Shown in pieces: positions 9,808 to 21,015 of a stretch of 64,000 nt of DNA. The notes below the pieces were generated by a model. That model worked only from the letters and a program-made list of their open reading frames with translations. It did not search any database and was not told the origin of the DNA. The stretch comes from Bacteroidaceae bacterium (lineage in GTDB: Bacteria > Bacteroidota > Bacteroidia > Bacteroidales > Barnesiellaceae_A): positions 96,767-160,766 of the forward strand of contig JAFUOV010000012.1 of assembly GCA_017481745.1 (NCBI GenBank). Reading direction: 5' to 3'. Each line of letters starts with the position of its first letter. The first letter of the stretch is position 1. Both the position numbers and the translations under genes were made by a program.

Positions 9808-10884
9808 ATGTACGATTTTTCGAATATTACAATGTGGATACATAACCTCTTGATGAGCTTCCTGCCCGAGTGGGCTACATTGCTCATAGAGTTTGTGCTT
9901 ATAGGCGTAGCCATCTTGGCTCTATATTGCATACTTGCATTGTTCCTCATCTACTTTGAACGTAGAGTTGCCGGTGCATTCCAATGCCGCCTCGGTCCCA
10001 ATCGTGTAGGACCTTTTGGTATTTTCCAAAGTATTGCCGATATGCTCAAAATCCTTATCAAAGAGCTTATCTATCTGAAGAATATCGACCACTTCTTGTT
10101 CAACCTTGCACCTTTCTTTGTATTGGTGGCTTCGATGCTTACATTTGCCTGTCTGCCTTGGGGTAACGGCTTGCAAGTCATCGACTATAACGTAGGCGTA
10201 TTCTTCATGTTGGCAGTATCGGGCTTGGGTATCTTGGGTGTACTCCTTGCCGGATGGTCTTCAAACAGCAAATACACCGTTATCGGAGCCATGCGTGCCG
10301 GTGCGCAAATGATTAGTTACGAGTTGTCTATCGGATTGTCGATACTCACTATCGTTGCCATTTCGGGCAGCATGTCGGTAACCGGTATTGTTGAGGCTCA
10401 ACACGATGCGTGGTTCCTCTTCAAAGGACACATCCCTGCGCTCATTGCCTTCATCATCTATCTTGTAGCCGGTTCTGCCGAAATCAACCGCGGACCCTTC
10501 GATATGGCAGAGGCTGAGAGTGAACTCACCGCCGGTTATCACACCGAGTATTCGGGTATACACTTTGGTTTCTACTACTTGGCAGAGTACCTCAACCTCT
10601 TTATCATGGGAGGTATCGCCACAACCCTCTTCTTGGGCGGATGGATGCCTTTGCACATATCCGGTTGGGATAGCTTCAATGCCATTATGGACTATATACC
10701 CTCGATTGTATGGTTCTTGGGTAAGAGTATCATAGTTGTATGGATAAGCATGTGGTTCCGCTGGACGTTCCCCCGTCTGCGTATCGACCAACTGCTCAAC
10801 CTCGAGTGGAAATATCTCCTCCCCATAAGCCTTGTTAACCTCGCTATCATGAGTGTTGTAGTAGCTTTGGGTTGGCATTTCTAA
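9808..10884 (+). CDS. nuoH: NADH:quinone oxidoreductase subunit H
   Basis: ERRV...[50 protein letters not shown]. Confidence 0.96.
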   Translation: MYDFSNITMWIHNLLMSFLPEWATLLIEFVLIGVAILALYCILALFLIYFERRVAGAFQCRLGPNRVGPFGIFQSIADMLKILIKELIYLKNIDHFLFNLAPFFVLVASMLTFACLPWGNGLQVIDYNVGVFFMLAVSGLGILGVLLAGWSSNSKYTVIGAMRAGAQMISYELSIGLSILTIVAISGSMSVTGIVEAQHDAWFLFKGHIPALIAFIIYLVAGSAEINRGPFDMAEAESELTAGYHTEYSGIHFGFYYLAEYLNLFIMGGIATTLFLGGWMPLHISGWDSFNAIMDYIPSIVWFLGKSIIVVWISMWFRWTFPRLRIDQLLNLEWKYLLPISLVNLAIMSVVVALGWHF

Positions 10885-10927
10885 TATTGTGAACGAAAAA
10901 AAATAAAAAGAATAAATAACCTTATAA

Positions 10928-12454
<1,527 letters not shown>

Positions 12455-12462
12455 TAACTGTC

Positions 12463-12696
12463 ATGAAACTCGAAATCATATCTTCGGAAACCACACTCTT
12501 CAGCGGCGAGGTAACATCGGTAACGCTACCCGGTACAAAAGGTTCGTTCACCGTACTCAACAACCACGCATCGTTGGTATCGACCCTGCAAAAAGGCAAG
12601 ATAGAGTATGTAATTGGCAACGAGCGCCATTCCGTAGAAACGAGTGGCGGATTTGTTGACGTAGACAACAATCGCATAGCGGTATGTATCTATTAA
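12463..12696 (+). CDS. atpC: F1Fo ATP synthase subunit epsilon (beta-sandwich only, 77 aa)
   Basis: V.LPG..G.F.VL.NHA.L motif and GGFV; lacks the C-terminal helices. Confidence 0.93.
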   Translation: MKLEIISSETTLFSGEVTSVTLPGTKGSFTVLNNHASLVSTLQKGKIEYVIGNERHSVETSGGFVDVDNNRIAVCIY

Positions 12697-12724
12697 TAAG
12701 TCCCGACAAAAGAAGCACAAATCA

Positions 12725-13798
12725 ATGAAAAAGCACTCGATACTTATCATAAGCATTACCCTCATCGTTCTTGCAGCGGCAGCAAGCATAGCCTTGTTTG
12801 ACCACTCGCATCACGACGAGAATGCCAAGTTTGATGCCAAAGAGACAATCTTTGACCACTTGGTAGACCACTACAGCTGGGAAGTGCCTTTTTCGCACAG
12901 CCATAAAATACCCCTGCCCATAATCGTACAAGACTATAAGGGCGGCTGGCACTGTTTTATGTCAAACAAGATAGAGCACGGCGACACCTACGACGGGTTC
13001 TATATTGACCCAAGCGAAGCACACCATGGCAAGGTAGTGGGCGTAAATGACAAGGGTGAGGTATATCGTCCGCTCGACATCTCTATTACCAAGAATGTCG
13101 CAGCTTTGTTTATTACCGTCATCGTTGTATGCCTGTGTATCTTCCCCCTTGTGCGTTGGTACAAAAACAATGGTAAGAAAGCTCCGAGAGGTTTTGTAGG
13201 CGCTATTGAAATGCTCACCTGCATGATTTACGACGACGTTATCAAGTCGATACTCGGTCCCGAGAAAGGTCGTCGTTTTGCACCCTACCTACTCACAGCC
13301 TTCTACTTTATTTTCGTATCGAACCTCATGGGCTTGATGGTAATATTCCCTGCCGGAGCCAACCTTACAGGTAACTTGGCTATCACGCTTGTACTTGCCA
13401 TCTGCACATTCTTGGCAGTAAACATCTTCGGTACCAAAGAGTATTGGAAAGAGATATTCTGGCCCGATGTGCCCATAGCACTCAAATGTCCGCTACCCAT
13501 CATGCCCTTTATCGAGGTGTTTGGTGTATTCACCAAGCCCATTGCATTGATGGTACGTCTGTTTGCCAATATGATGGGAGGACACATGATAGTGCTTGTA
13601 TTGCTGTCGCTCATCTTTATCTTCAAAGAATTGGGCGGTATGCCCGTAGCCGGTGCCACCACCGTATTGTCGGTAGGATTTTCTCTCTTTATGTATATAA
13701 TAGATACTTTGGTGAGCTATATCCAAGCATACGTATTCACCATGTTGTCAACCATATTCATATCGTTGGCACAAGTAGAAGGACATCATCATAAATAA
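12725..13798 (+). CDS. atpB: F1Fo ATP synthase subunit a
   Basis: KPIALMVRLFANM (essential Arg), IQAYVF.ML; Bacteroidota-type N-terminal extension. Confidence 0.95.
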   Translation: MKKHSILIISITLIVLAAAASIALFDHSHHDENAKFDAKETIFDHLVDHYSWEVPFSHSHKIPLPIIVQDYKGGWHCFMSNKIEHGDTYDGFYIDPSEAHHGKVVGVNDKGEVYRPLDISITKNVAALFITVIVVCLCIFPLVRWYKNNGKKAPRGFVGAIEMLTCMIYDDVIKSILGPEKGRRFAPYLLTAFYFIFVSNLMGLMVIFPAGANLTGNLAITLVLAICTFLAVNIFGTKEYWKEIFWPDVPIALKCPLPIMPFIEVFGVFTKPIALMVRLFANMMGGHMIVLVLLSLIFIFKELGGMPVAGATTVLSVGFSLFMYIIDTLVSYIQAYVFTMLSTIFISLAQVEGHHHK

Positions 13799-13848
13799 CA
13801 AAAAAGAAAAAACAAATAAATTATTAACCTTATAAAAAAGAAAACATT

Positions 13849-14094
13849 ATGTTAGCAATGATTTTAACAGCACTTGCACCCCTCGCAGTAATCGGTGCAT
13901 GCGTAGGAGCAGGTATCGCTGCAATCGCAGCAGGTTTAGGTATCGGTCGTATCGGTAGCTCTGCCATGGAAGCAATCGCACGTCAACCCGAAGCAGCCGG
14001 TGACGTACGTGGTAGTATGATTGTAATCGCGGCTCTTATCGAGGGTGTTGCCCTGTTTGCCGTTATCGTTTGTATTCTCGCATTGTTCCTCTAA
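13849..14094 (+). CDS. atpE: F1Fo ATP synthase subunit c (predicted H+-type)
   Basis: GLGIG, ARQPE loop, ion-binding Glu in ALIEGVALF. Confidence 0.97.
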   Translation: MLAMILTALAPLAVIGACVGAGIAAIAAGLGIGRIGSSAMEAIARQPEAAGDVRGSMIVIAALIEGVALFAVIVCILALFL

Positions 14095-14113
14095 TCTCGC
14101 CTAAACGTCCCGT

Positions 14114-14611
14114 ATGGAACTGTTCATGCCCGAAGCAGGGCTTATCTTTTGGATGTTTGTGGTATTTGTGGTATTATTTGCCATACTTGCCAAGTTTGCG
14201 TGGCCCGTCATCACCAAGATGGTCGACGAGCGTGCTACTCTCATTGACAAAGGTGTAGAGTATGCCGAGGCCGCAAAAGCAAGCCTTGAAGACTCTGAAA
14301 GCCAAGCCCGCGCTATTCTCGCTGAAGCAGGACGTCAACAAATGGAAATCATTCAAGAAGCTGCACAGATGAAGGCTCAAATCATCGAAGAAGCCAAGAA
14401 AGCTGCTGCTGCCGAAGCCAAGAAACTTGTTGATGCTGCTGCCATCAGTATCGAGCAATCGCGCAAAGAAGCCGAGCTACAGTTCCGCCAAGAAGTGAGC
14501 CAATTCGCCCTCACAATAGCCGAAAATATTATTCGCAAAGAACTCGCGGGCGACAAAGCTCAGGCGGAAATGGTAGAGCAATTATTGAACGAACTTGAAC
14601 ATAAAAACTAA
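14114..14611 (+). CDS. atpF: F1Fo ATP synthase subunit b
   Basis: N-terminal TM helix, KFAWP.I...ER, then an Ala/Glu-rich coiled coil. Confidence 0.94.
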   Translation: MELFMPEAGLIFWMFVVFVVLFAILAKFAWPVITKMVDERATLIDKGVEYAEAAKASLEDSESQARAILAEAGRQQMEIIQEAAQMKAQIIEEAKKAAAAEAKKLVDAAAISIEQSRKEAELQFRQEVSQFALTIAENIIRKELAGDKAQAEMVEQLLNELEHKN

Positions 14612-14616
14612 GAACC

Positions 14617-15156
14617 ATGAACGAAGGATTAATTCCTCGCAGATACGCTAAAGCCTTGTACAAATATGCACAAGAGCAGCAATGCACCCAACAAGTCTAT
14701 GCCGACTCGCAACGACTTGAAGAGGCATTTGCCACACACCCTGCATTGACCAAAGCGCTGGGCAATCCTGCCTTGAGCGCTACCGAGAAGGAACAGTTGC
14801 TTGTTGCAGCTGCCGGAACCGATGCAGGTAAAGCTATCCTTCGGTTCATCAACTTGGTAATTCTCAACCACCGCGAGACATACTTCCGAGCCGCAATGCT
14901 CGACTTTCAAGAGGTTTATCGCAAAGAAAACAACATAGCTCGTGTAACGATAACCACCGCTACAACTATGAACGATGATATTGTTGCACGCATTAAGAAC
15001 TTGTTGAAAACGCAACTCGACAAAGAGCTTGAGTTTGTTTACGTAACAGACCCCGCTCTCATCGGTGGTTTCATACTGCGCGTTGAGTCGATGCAACTTG
15101 ATGCATCTATTCAAAACGAGCTTAAAAAATTGCGCGTAAAATTACTAAACAAATAA
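14617..15156 (+). CDS. atpH: F1Fo ATP synthase subunit delta
   Basis: [19 protein letters not shown] motif. Confidence 0.94.
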   Translation: MNEGLIPRRYAKALYKYAQEQQCTQQVYADSQRLEEAFATHPALTKALGNPALSATEKEQLLVAAAGTDAGKAILRFINLVILNHRETYFRAAMLDFQEVYRKENNIARVTITTATTMNDDIVARIKNLLKTQLDKELEFVYVTDPALIGGFILRVESMQLDASIQNELKKLRVKLLNK

Positions 15157-15161
15157 TTTTT

Positions 15162-16739
15162 ATGATAAAACCAAACGAGATATCGGATATACTCAAAAGT
15201 AAGCTCGAAGAAGTTGACAAGCAAGCCAACTTTGAAGAGATAGGTACCGTACTCGAGGTAGGTGACGGTGTAGCACACGTATACGGTCTTGACAACGTAA
15301 AGTCGAGCGAGCTCGTAGAGTTTGAAAACGGTGTACGCGGTGTAGCCATGAACCTCGAGGAGAGCAACGTGGGTGTTATCCTTCTTAACGATATCGAAAA
15401 GGTTACCGAGAATATGACTGTACGCCGCACCGGCGACATCGCCTCTATACCGGTAGGAGAGGGGCTGTTGGGTCGTGTTATCAACACATTGGGCGACCCC
15501 ATCGACGGTGCAGGTCCTATTACAGGCAATACGGTTTTGATGCCCCTCGACCGCAAGGCTCCCGGTGTTATCTTCCGTCAGCCCGTAAAAGAGCCGCTTC
15601 AGACCGGTATCAAGGCTATTGATGCCATGGTGCCCATAGGTCGCGGACAACGTGAGCTCATCATTGGTGACCGTCAAGTAGGAAAAACAACCATTGCTAT
15701 AGATACTATCATCAACCAACGTGAAAACTTCAAGAACGGCAAGCCGCTCTATTGTATCTACGTTGCGATAGGTCAAAAGGCATCTTCGGTAGCAGCATTG
15801 GTAAATACATTGCGCGAACATGGCGCTATGGACTATACCATCGTTTTGGCAGCCAACGCATCAGACTCGGCAGCCATGCGCTACTATGCCCCCATGGCAG
15901 GTGCTGCCATTGGCGAATACTTCCGCGACTCGGGTCGCCACGCACTCGTTATCTACGACGACTTGTCGAAACAAGCTGTATCTTACCGCGAAATTTCGCT
16001 CATTCTGCGTCGTCCTTCGGGTCGTGAGGCATATCCCGGCGACATCTTCTACCTCCACTCGCGCCTCTTGGAGCGTTCGGCAAAGATTATTGACAACGAC
16101 AAGGTTGCCGCTTCGATGAACGACCTGCCCGAGGTGTTGAAGCCTATGGTAAAAGGTGGTGGTTCGCTCACAGCATTGCCCATTATCGAGACACAAGCAG
16201 GTGACGTTTCGGCATATATCCCCACCAACGTAATCTCTATTACCGATGGTCAGATATTCCTCGAGACTAAACTCTTCAACCAAGGTGTGCGCCCCGCTAT
16301 CAACGTAGGTATCTCGGTATCGCGTGTGGGTGGTAGTGCACAGCTCAAGGCGATGAAAAAGATTGCCGGTACACTCAAAATCGACCAAGCACAATTCCGT
16401 GAGCTTGAGTCGTTTACCCAATTTGGTGGCGATATCGACCCCGTAACCGCAATGGTTATTGACAAAGGTCGTAAAAACGAGCGCGTGCTCATCCAACCGC
16501 AATATAGCCCCGTTCCCGTTGAGGAAGAGATTGCTATTATCTATTGCGGTACACAAGGATTGCTCTCACCCGTTCCCGCCGAGAAAGTGGCCGAATTTGA
16601 GAAATTGTTCCTGCAAATACTTCACGCCAAGCATCAAGCCGACGTACTCGACGAGCTCAAGAAAGGTGTTCTCAACGACGAGATCGCTGCCAAGCTCACC
16701 GAGGTGGCAAAAGAAGTTGCTAACCGATTTAAGGCATAA
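15162..16739 (+). CDS. atpA: F1Fo ATP synthase subunit alpha
   Basis: [44 protein letters not shown]. Confidence 0.98.
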   Translation: MIKPNEISDILKSKLEEVDKQANFEEIGTVLEVGDGVAHVYGLDNVKSSELVEFENGVRGVAMNLEESNVGVILLNDIEKVTENMTVRRTGDIASIPVGEGLLGRVINTLGDPIDGAGPITGNTVLMPLDRKAPGVIFRQPVKEPLQTGIKAIDAMVPIGRGQRELIIGDRQVGKTTIAIDTIINQRENFKNGKPLYCIYVAIGQKASSVAALVNTLREHGAMDYTIVLAANASDSAAMRYYAPMAGAAIGEYFRDSGRHALVIYDDLSKQAVSYREISLILRRPSGREAYPGDIFYLHSRLLERSAKIIDNDKVAASMNDLPEVLKPMVKGGGSLTALPIIETQAGDVSAYIPTNVISITDGQIFLETKLFNQGVRPAINVGISVSRVGGSAQLKAMKKIAGTLKIDQAQFRELESFTQFGGDIDPVTAMVIDKGRKNERVLIQPQYSPVPVEEEIAIIYCGTQGLLSPVPAEKVAEFEKLFLQILHAKHQADVLDELKKGVLNDEIAAKLTEVAKEVANRFKA

Positions 16740-16746
16740 TTAAGAT

Positions 16747-17622
16747 ATGGCATCCATCCGCGAACTGAAAGGCAGAATAGGCTCGGTATCGACATCCGAG
16801 AAGATAACCGGCGCGATGAAAATGATTTCATCTGCCAAAATGCACAAAGCAATGCAAGCATTGCAACGTGTAGAGCCGTTCCGCCACCAGATACAATCAA
16901 CTATCGACAACCTATTGGCTGCCGATAGCCAATACACCTCGCCTCTCACCCAAGAGCGTCCCGTCAAGCAGATGGGTATCGTGTTGTTGGGTAGCGACGA
17001 AGGATTGTGCGGTGCTTTCAACATGATGCTATTCAAACAAATGCTCGAAACCATCAATCGGGTAAAAGAAGAGTCGAATGATGAAGTGTCATTTGTCATC
17101 TATCCCATTGGCAAGAAAGTCGTATCGGCCGCCAAGAAACTTGCGCTCCCCCATGTGAGAGTTGTCGAGTTGCCCTATATGACAGCAAAGAGCAATGGTG
17201 AGAAGATAAAACAAATGAGCGACGAACTCATGCAAGCGTTTCTCGGCGAAGAGCTGGATCGCATAGAAATTGTATTTATGGAGTTTCTCAGCATGGGACG
17301 TCAACGACTTGCCAACCGCACCATGTTGCCGGTCATAGCCGAAGCATCCGACAATGAGGCAGCGTGCAAACCCTACCTCTTTGAGCCGAATGTTGCAACT
17401 ATATTCGATACGGTACTGCCGCTGTCGGTATTGGCATCATTGCAAGAGAGCATCAGCCAAAATCGTGCCTCGGAACAAGCAGCGCGCGTTCTTGCCATGC
17501 AGTCGGCCAACGACAATGCCAAGAAATTGCGTGAAGAATTGCAACTTGAATACAACAAGTTACGTCAACAAAGTATCACAAACGAGCTGCTCGATATTTT
17601 GGGCGGTAAAGTTGACGGATAA
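16747..17622 (+). CDS. atpG: F1Fo ATP synthase subunit gamma
   Basis: KITGAMKMIS, SDEGLCGAFN, SEQAARV.AM..ANDNA, YNKLRQQSITNELLDI. Confidence 0.96.
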   Translation: MASIRELKGRIGSVSTSEKITGAMKMISSAKMHKAMQALQRVEPFRHQIQSTIDNLLAADSQYTSPLTQERPVKQMGIVLLGSDEGLCGAFNMMLFKQMLETINRVKEESNDEVSFVIYPIGKKVVSAAKKLALPHVRVVELPYMTAKSNGEKIKQMSDELMQAFLGEELDRIEIVFMEFLSMGRQRLANRTMLPVIAEASDNEAACKPYLFEPNVATIFDTVLPLSVLASLQESISQNRASEQAARVLAMQSANDNAKKLREELQLEYNKLRQQSITNELLDILGGKVDG

Positions 17623-17632
17623 ACCAAACCTT

Positions 17633-17676
17633 TCGACGAGAGGACTTGGCATCTTGATGCCAAGTCTGCTCGCCGA
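17633..17676 (+). promoter_or_regulatory. Strong stem-loop without U-tract in the atpG-nuoI spacer
   Basis: Perfect inverted repeat GACTTGGCATC-TT-GATGCCAAGTC (17643-17666), extended by imperfect TCGACGAGAG/TGCTCGCCGA pairing; followed by GAGATAATAA, not poly-T. Confidence 0.7.
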
Positions 17677-17723
17677 GAGATAATAACTATAACGAACTGA
17701 TAGGAATACTATCGAACAGACCT

Positions 17724-18212
17724 ATGGGAAGTAACAAGAACTATTTCACATCGTTATTTAAGGGCATCGGGAGCTTGCTCACCGGTATGAGTATTACGGG
17801 TAAATATTTTTTCAGCCGTAAAATTACACAACAGTATCCCGAAAATCGTAAAACTCTCGAAATCCCCGAGCGTTTTCGTGCCACCCTGTCGCTTGTATAT
17901 GATGAGGAAGGCAACCACAAGTGTATAGCTTGCGGTATATGCCAAAACAACTGCCCCAACAATACAATCGAAATTGTTGCCAAAAAAATTGAAACAGAAG
18001 ATGGTAAAACCAAGAGAGTACTCGATCGCTATATGTACGACTTGGGCTGCTGTACATTCTGTCAACTGTGCGTGAGCTCATGCCCGCACAACGCCATTAA
18101 GTTCACAAACGAGTTTGAACAAGCTGTGTTTACAAGAGAAAAACTTGTAAAACAACTCAACAACCGTCCTGAACCGGTGCGTGTAGAACCCAAAGAAGAA
18201 AAATCAGAATAA
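17724..18212 (+). CDS. nuoI: NADH:quinone oxidoreductase subunit I
   Basis: TQQYPE; two 4Fe-4S motifs, CIACGICQNNCP and CTFCQLCVSSCP. Confidence 0.95.
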   Translation: MGSNKNYFTSLFKGIGSLLTGMSITGKYFFSRKITQQYPENRKTLEIPERFRATLSLVYDEEGNHKCIACGICQNNCPNNTIEIVAKKIETEDGKTKRVLDRYMYDLGCCTFCQLCVSSCPHNAIKFTNEFEQAVFTREKLVKQLNNRPEPVRVEPKEEKSE

Positions 18213-18220
18213 TACAATAT

Positions 18221-18739
18221 ATGGAACTCTTACCTTTAGCTCAACAAGTTCTTTTCTACTTGCTTGCAATTGTGATTGTGGTATGCTCGATATTGGCAGT
18301 AACCACACGTCGCATACTTCGAGCTGCTACGTATCTGCTCTTCGTCCTTCTGTCGACGGCAGGTATATACTTCATGCTCGATTATACATTCCTCGGCTCG
18401 GTGCAAATAGCTGTGTATGCCGGTGGTATTCTGGTTCTGTTTGTCTTTTCGATATTGCTCACCAGCCATCCCGGCGAGAGCTGCGAAAAATCGAGCTTGA
18501 CCAAACGAATACTTGGTATTGTCGCTGCTCTTACAGGAGCTGCCGTATGTGCTTATGCCCTCTTTACCTACCAATGGCCTGCTGTCGACCTCATTGAGAC
18601 CGGCGAGCATCCCATCAAGGCTTTGGGTCATGCACTTATCGGCATGGACAAGTTTCAATATCTGCTTCCCTTCGAGGCAGTGAGTGTTTTACTATTGGCA
18701 TGTATCATCGGAGCCATTTTGATAGCTCGCAAACGCTAA
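18221..18739 (+). CDS. nuoJ: NADH:quinone oxidoreductase subunit J
   Basis: QIAVYAGGILVLFVF, YLLPFEA.SVLLL. Confidence 0.95.
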   Translation: MELLPLAQQVLFYLLAIVIVVCSILAVTTRRILRAATYLLFVLLSTAGIYFMLDYTFLGSVQIAVYAGGILVLFVFSILLTSHPGESCEKSSLTKRILGIVAALTGAAVCAYALFTYQWPAVDLIETGEHPIKALGHALIGMDKFQYLLPFEAVSVLLLACIIGAILIARKR

Positions 18740-18752
18740 ATAATAGAAGATT

Positions 18753-19064
18753 ATGGAAATACCAATGATATATTACATCGTATTGAGTCTTGTGATGTTC
18801 TTTGCCGGTGTTTATGGCTTCATCACTCGCAAAAATATGCTTATGATGCTCATCTCGATAGAGTTGATGCTCAATGCCGTTGACATAAACTTTGCCGTAT
18901 TCAATAGGTTTTTGTTCCCCGGACAGATGGAGGGCATGGTATTCGCTATCTTTGCCATTGCCATTGCAGCTGCCGAGACGGCTATTGCTATTGCTATTAT
19001 TATTAACATTTTCCGTCATATTCGCAACATCGACGCGGATAATCTCGACGATATGAAATATTAA
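18753..19064 (+). CDS. nuoK: NADH:quinone oxidoreductase subunit K
   Basis: SIELMLNA, AAAETAIA. Confidence 0.95.
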   Translation: MEIPMIYYIVLSLVMFFAGVYGFITRKNMLMMLISIELMLNAVDINFAVFNRFLFPGQMEGMVFAIFAIAIAAAETAIAIAIIINIFRHIRNIDADNLDDMKY

Positions 19065-19072
19065 GAACCGCT

Positions 19073-20986
19073 ATGGAATATACAGTTTTCATTTTACTAC
19101 TGCCGTTGGCTATGTTCTTGCTATTGGGATTGCTCGATAGCAAGTTGAAGCCCCGCGTAGCGGGTATATTGGGCACATTAGGCATGACCGTGTGCACGGC
19201 ATTGGCATATTTTACTGCCTATCAATTCTTCACACAACCTCGCAATGCCGAGGGTGTGATACCTTCGGTTACCCCTTACAACTACGAGTGGTTGCGCTTT
19301 ACCGAGCATCTGCACATCGACTTGGGTATCTACCTTGATCCTATCTCGGTAATGATGCTTGTTGTCATCACCACCGTATCGCTGATGGTGCACATCTATA
19401 GCCTTGGCTATATGCATGGCGAGAAGGGTTTCCAACGTTACTATGCCTTCCTCTCGTTGTTCAGCATGTCTATGTTGGGATTGGTTGTTGCAACCAACAT
19501 CTTCCAAATGTATATCTTCTGGGAGCTTGTGGGTGTTTCGTCATATCTGCTCATTGGTTTCTATTACACCAAGCCCGCAGCTATTGCAGCATCTAAAAAG
19601 GCATTTATCGTAACACGTTTTGCCGACCTCGGCTTCCTGATTGGTATCCTCATATTGTCGTTCTTTACCAAGACATTCGACTTTGCCACTCTCACAGCTA
19701 CTCCTACTGCCATCATCACCGAAACAGCCGGTGCTACATTCCTCGGTTGCTCGGTAGCTTCTTGGGCTTTGGCTTTGATATTTATGGGTGGTGCCGGTAA
19801 ATCGGCAATGTTCCCCTTGCACATCTGGTTGCCCGATGCCATGGAAGGTCCTACTCCTGTATCGGCACTTATCCACGCCGCAACAATGGTTGTTGCCGGT
19901 GTATACTTGGTAGCTCGTCTTTTCCCGGTATATTGTGTAACTCCCGAGGTGCTCGAACTTATCACCACTGTGGGAGCTATCACAGCGCTGTATGCCGCGA
20001 TTGTGGCTTGCGTGCAGACCGACATAAAGCGAGTGCTTGCCTTCTCTACCATCTCGCAGATAGCCTTTATGATTGTTGCATTGGGTGTTGCCAACGATAC
20101 CGACTTGCACGAGGGTCTTGGCTATATGGCTTCGATGTTCCACTTGTTTACACACGCGATGTTCAAAGCGTTGCTCTTCTTGGGTGCTGGTGCTATTATT
20201 CACGCCGTACACTCAAATGAGATGAGCGAAATGGGTGGCTTGCGCAAGTATATGCCCATTACGCATATTACATTCCTCATTGCCTGCTTGGCAATCGCCG
20301 GTATACCTCCCTTCTCGGGCTTCTTCAGTAAAGACGAAATTCTTACAGCTGTGATGCACAAGAGCACATTCTGGGGTATATGGATGACAGTAGTTGCCGG
20401 TTTGACAGCATTCTATATGTTCCGCCTCTACTTCCGCATCTTCTGGTGGAAGAACACCGATTGTAGCCACCACACTCCGCACGAGGCTCCTCTCACTATG
20501 ACTTTGCCTCTTATCTTCTTGGCATTGGTTACTTGCGTGGCAGGCTTTATCCCATTCGGCGAGTTGGTAAGTGTAAATGGTCAACCCTATCACATCCACC
20601 TCGATTGGAGCGTAGCAACCACCAGCATCATTGTTGCCGTTTGTGCTATCTCGTTGGCGGCATGGTTGTACCTGAAAGAGAACAAGAAACCTACTGCAAT
20701 GGCAGATGCCACTCGCACACTGCACACTGCTGCCTACCGTCGTTTCTACATAGATGAGATATATCTGTTTGTAACACACAAAATCATATTCAAGTGTATC
20801 TGTGCACCTATTGCATGGTTCGACCGCCACATCATCGACGGCACTATGGATATGTTTGCCAACGTTACTCAATGGGTATCGGCTCGTATCAAGGGCTTGC
20901 AATCGGGTTATATACAAAGCTATGTATGGATACTCCTTATGGGCACATTGCTTATTGCAGCCATAACAATATGTTGTCTCTTATAA
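19073..20986 (+). CDS. nuoL: NADH:quinone oxidoreductase subunit L
   Basis: WELVG..SYLLIGF, GKSAMFPLHIWLPDAMEGPTPVSALIHAATMV, HAMFKALLFL. Confidence 0.96.
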   Translation: MEYTVFILLLPLAMFLLLGLLDSKLKPRVAGILGTLGMTVCTALAYFTAYQFFTQPRNAEGVIPSVTPYNYEWLRFTEHLHIDLGIYLDPISVMMLVVITTVSLMVHIYSLGYMHGEKGFQRYYAFLSLFSMSMLGLVVATNIFQMYIFWELVGVSSYLLIGFYYTKPAAIAASKKAFIVTRFADLGFLIGILILSFFTKTFDFATLTATPTAIITETAGATFLGCSVASWALALIFMGGAGKSAMFPLHIWLPDAMEGPTPVSALIHAATMVVAGVYLVARLFPVYCVTPEVLELITTVGAITALYAAIVACVQTDIKRVLAFSTISQIAFMIVALGVANDTDLHEGLGYMASMFHLFTHAMFKALLFLGAGAIIHAVHSNEMSEMGGLRKYMPITHITFLIACLAIAGIPPFSGFFSKDEILTAVMHKSTFWGIWMTVVAGLTAFYMFRLYFRIFWWKNTDCSHHTPHEAPLTMTLPLIFLALVTCVAGFIPFGELVSVNGQPYHIHLDWSVATTSIIVAVCAISLAAWLYLKENKKPTAMADATRTLHTAAYRRFYIDEIYLFVTHKIIFKCICAPIAWFDRHIIDGTMDMFANVTQWVSARIKGLQSGYIQSYVWILLMGTLLIAAITICCLL

Positions 20987-21015
20987 AGTTGAAGAACCAA
21001 TAAAACGAAGAAACT

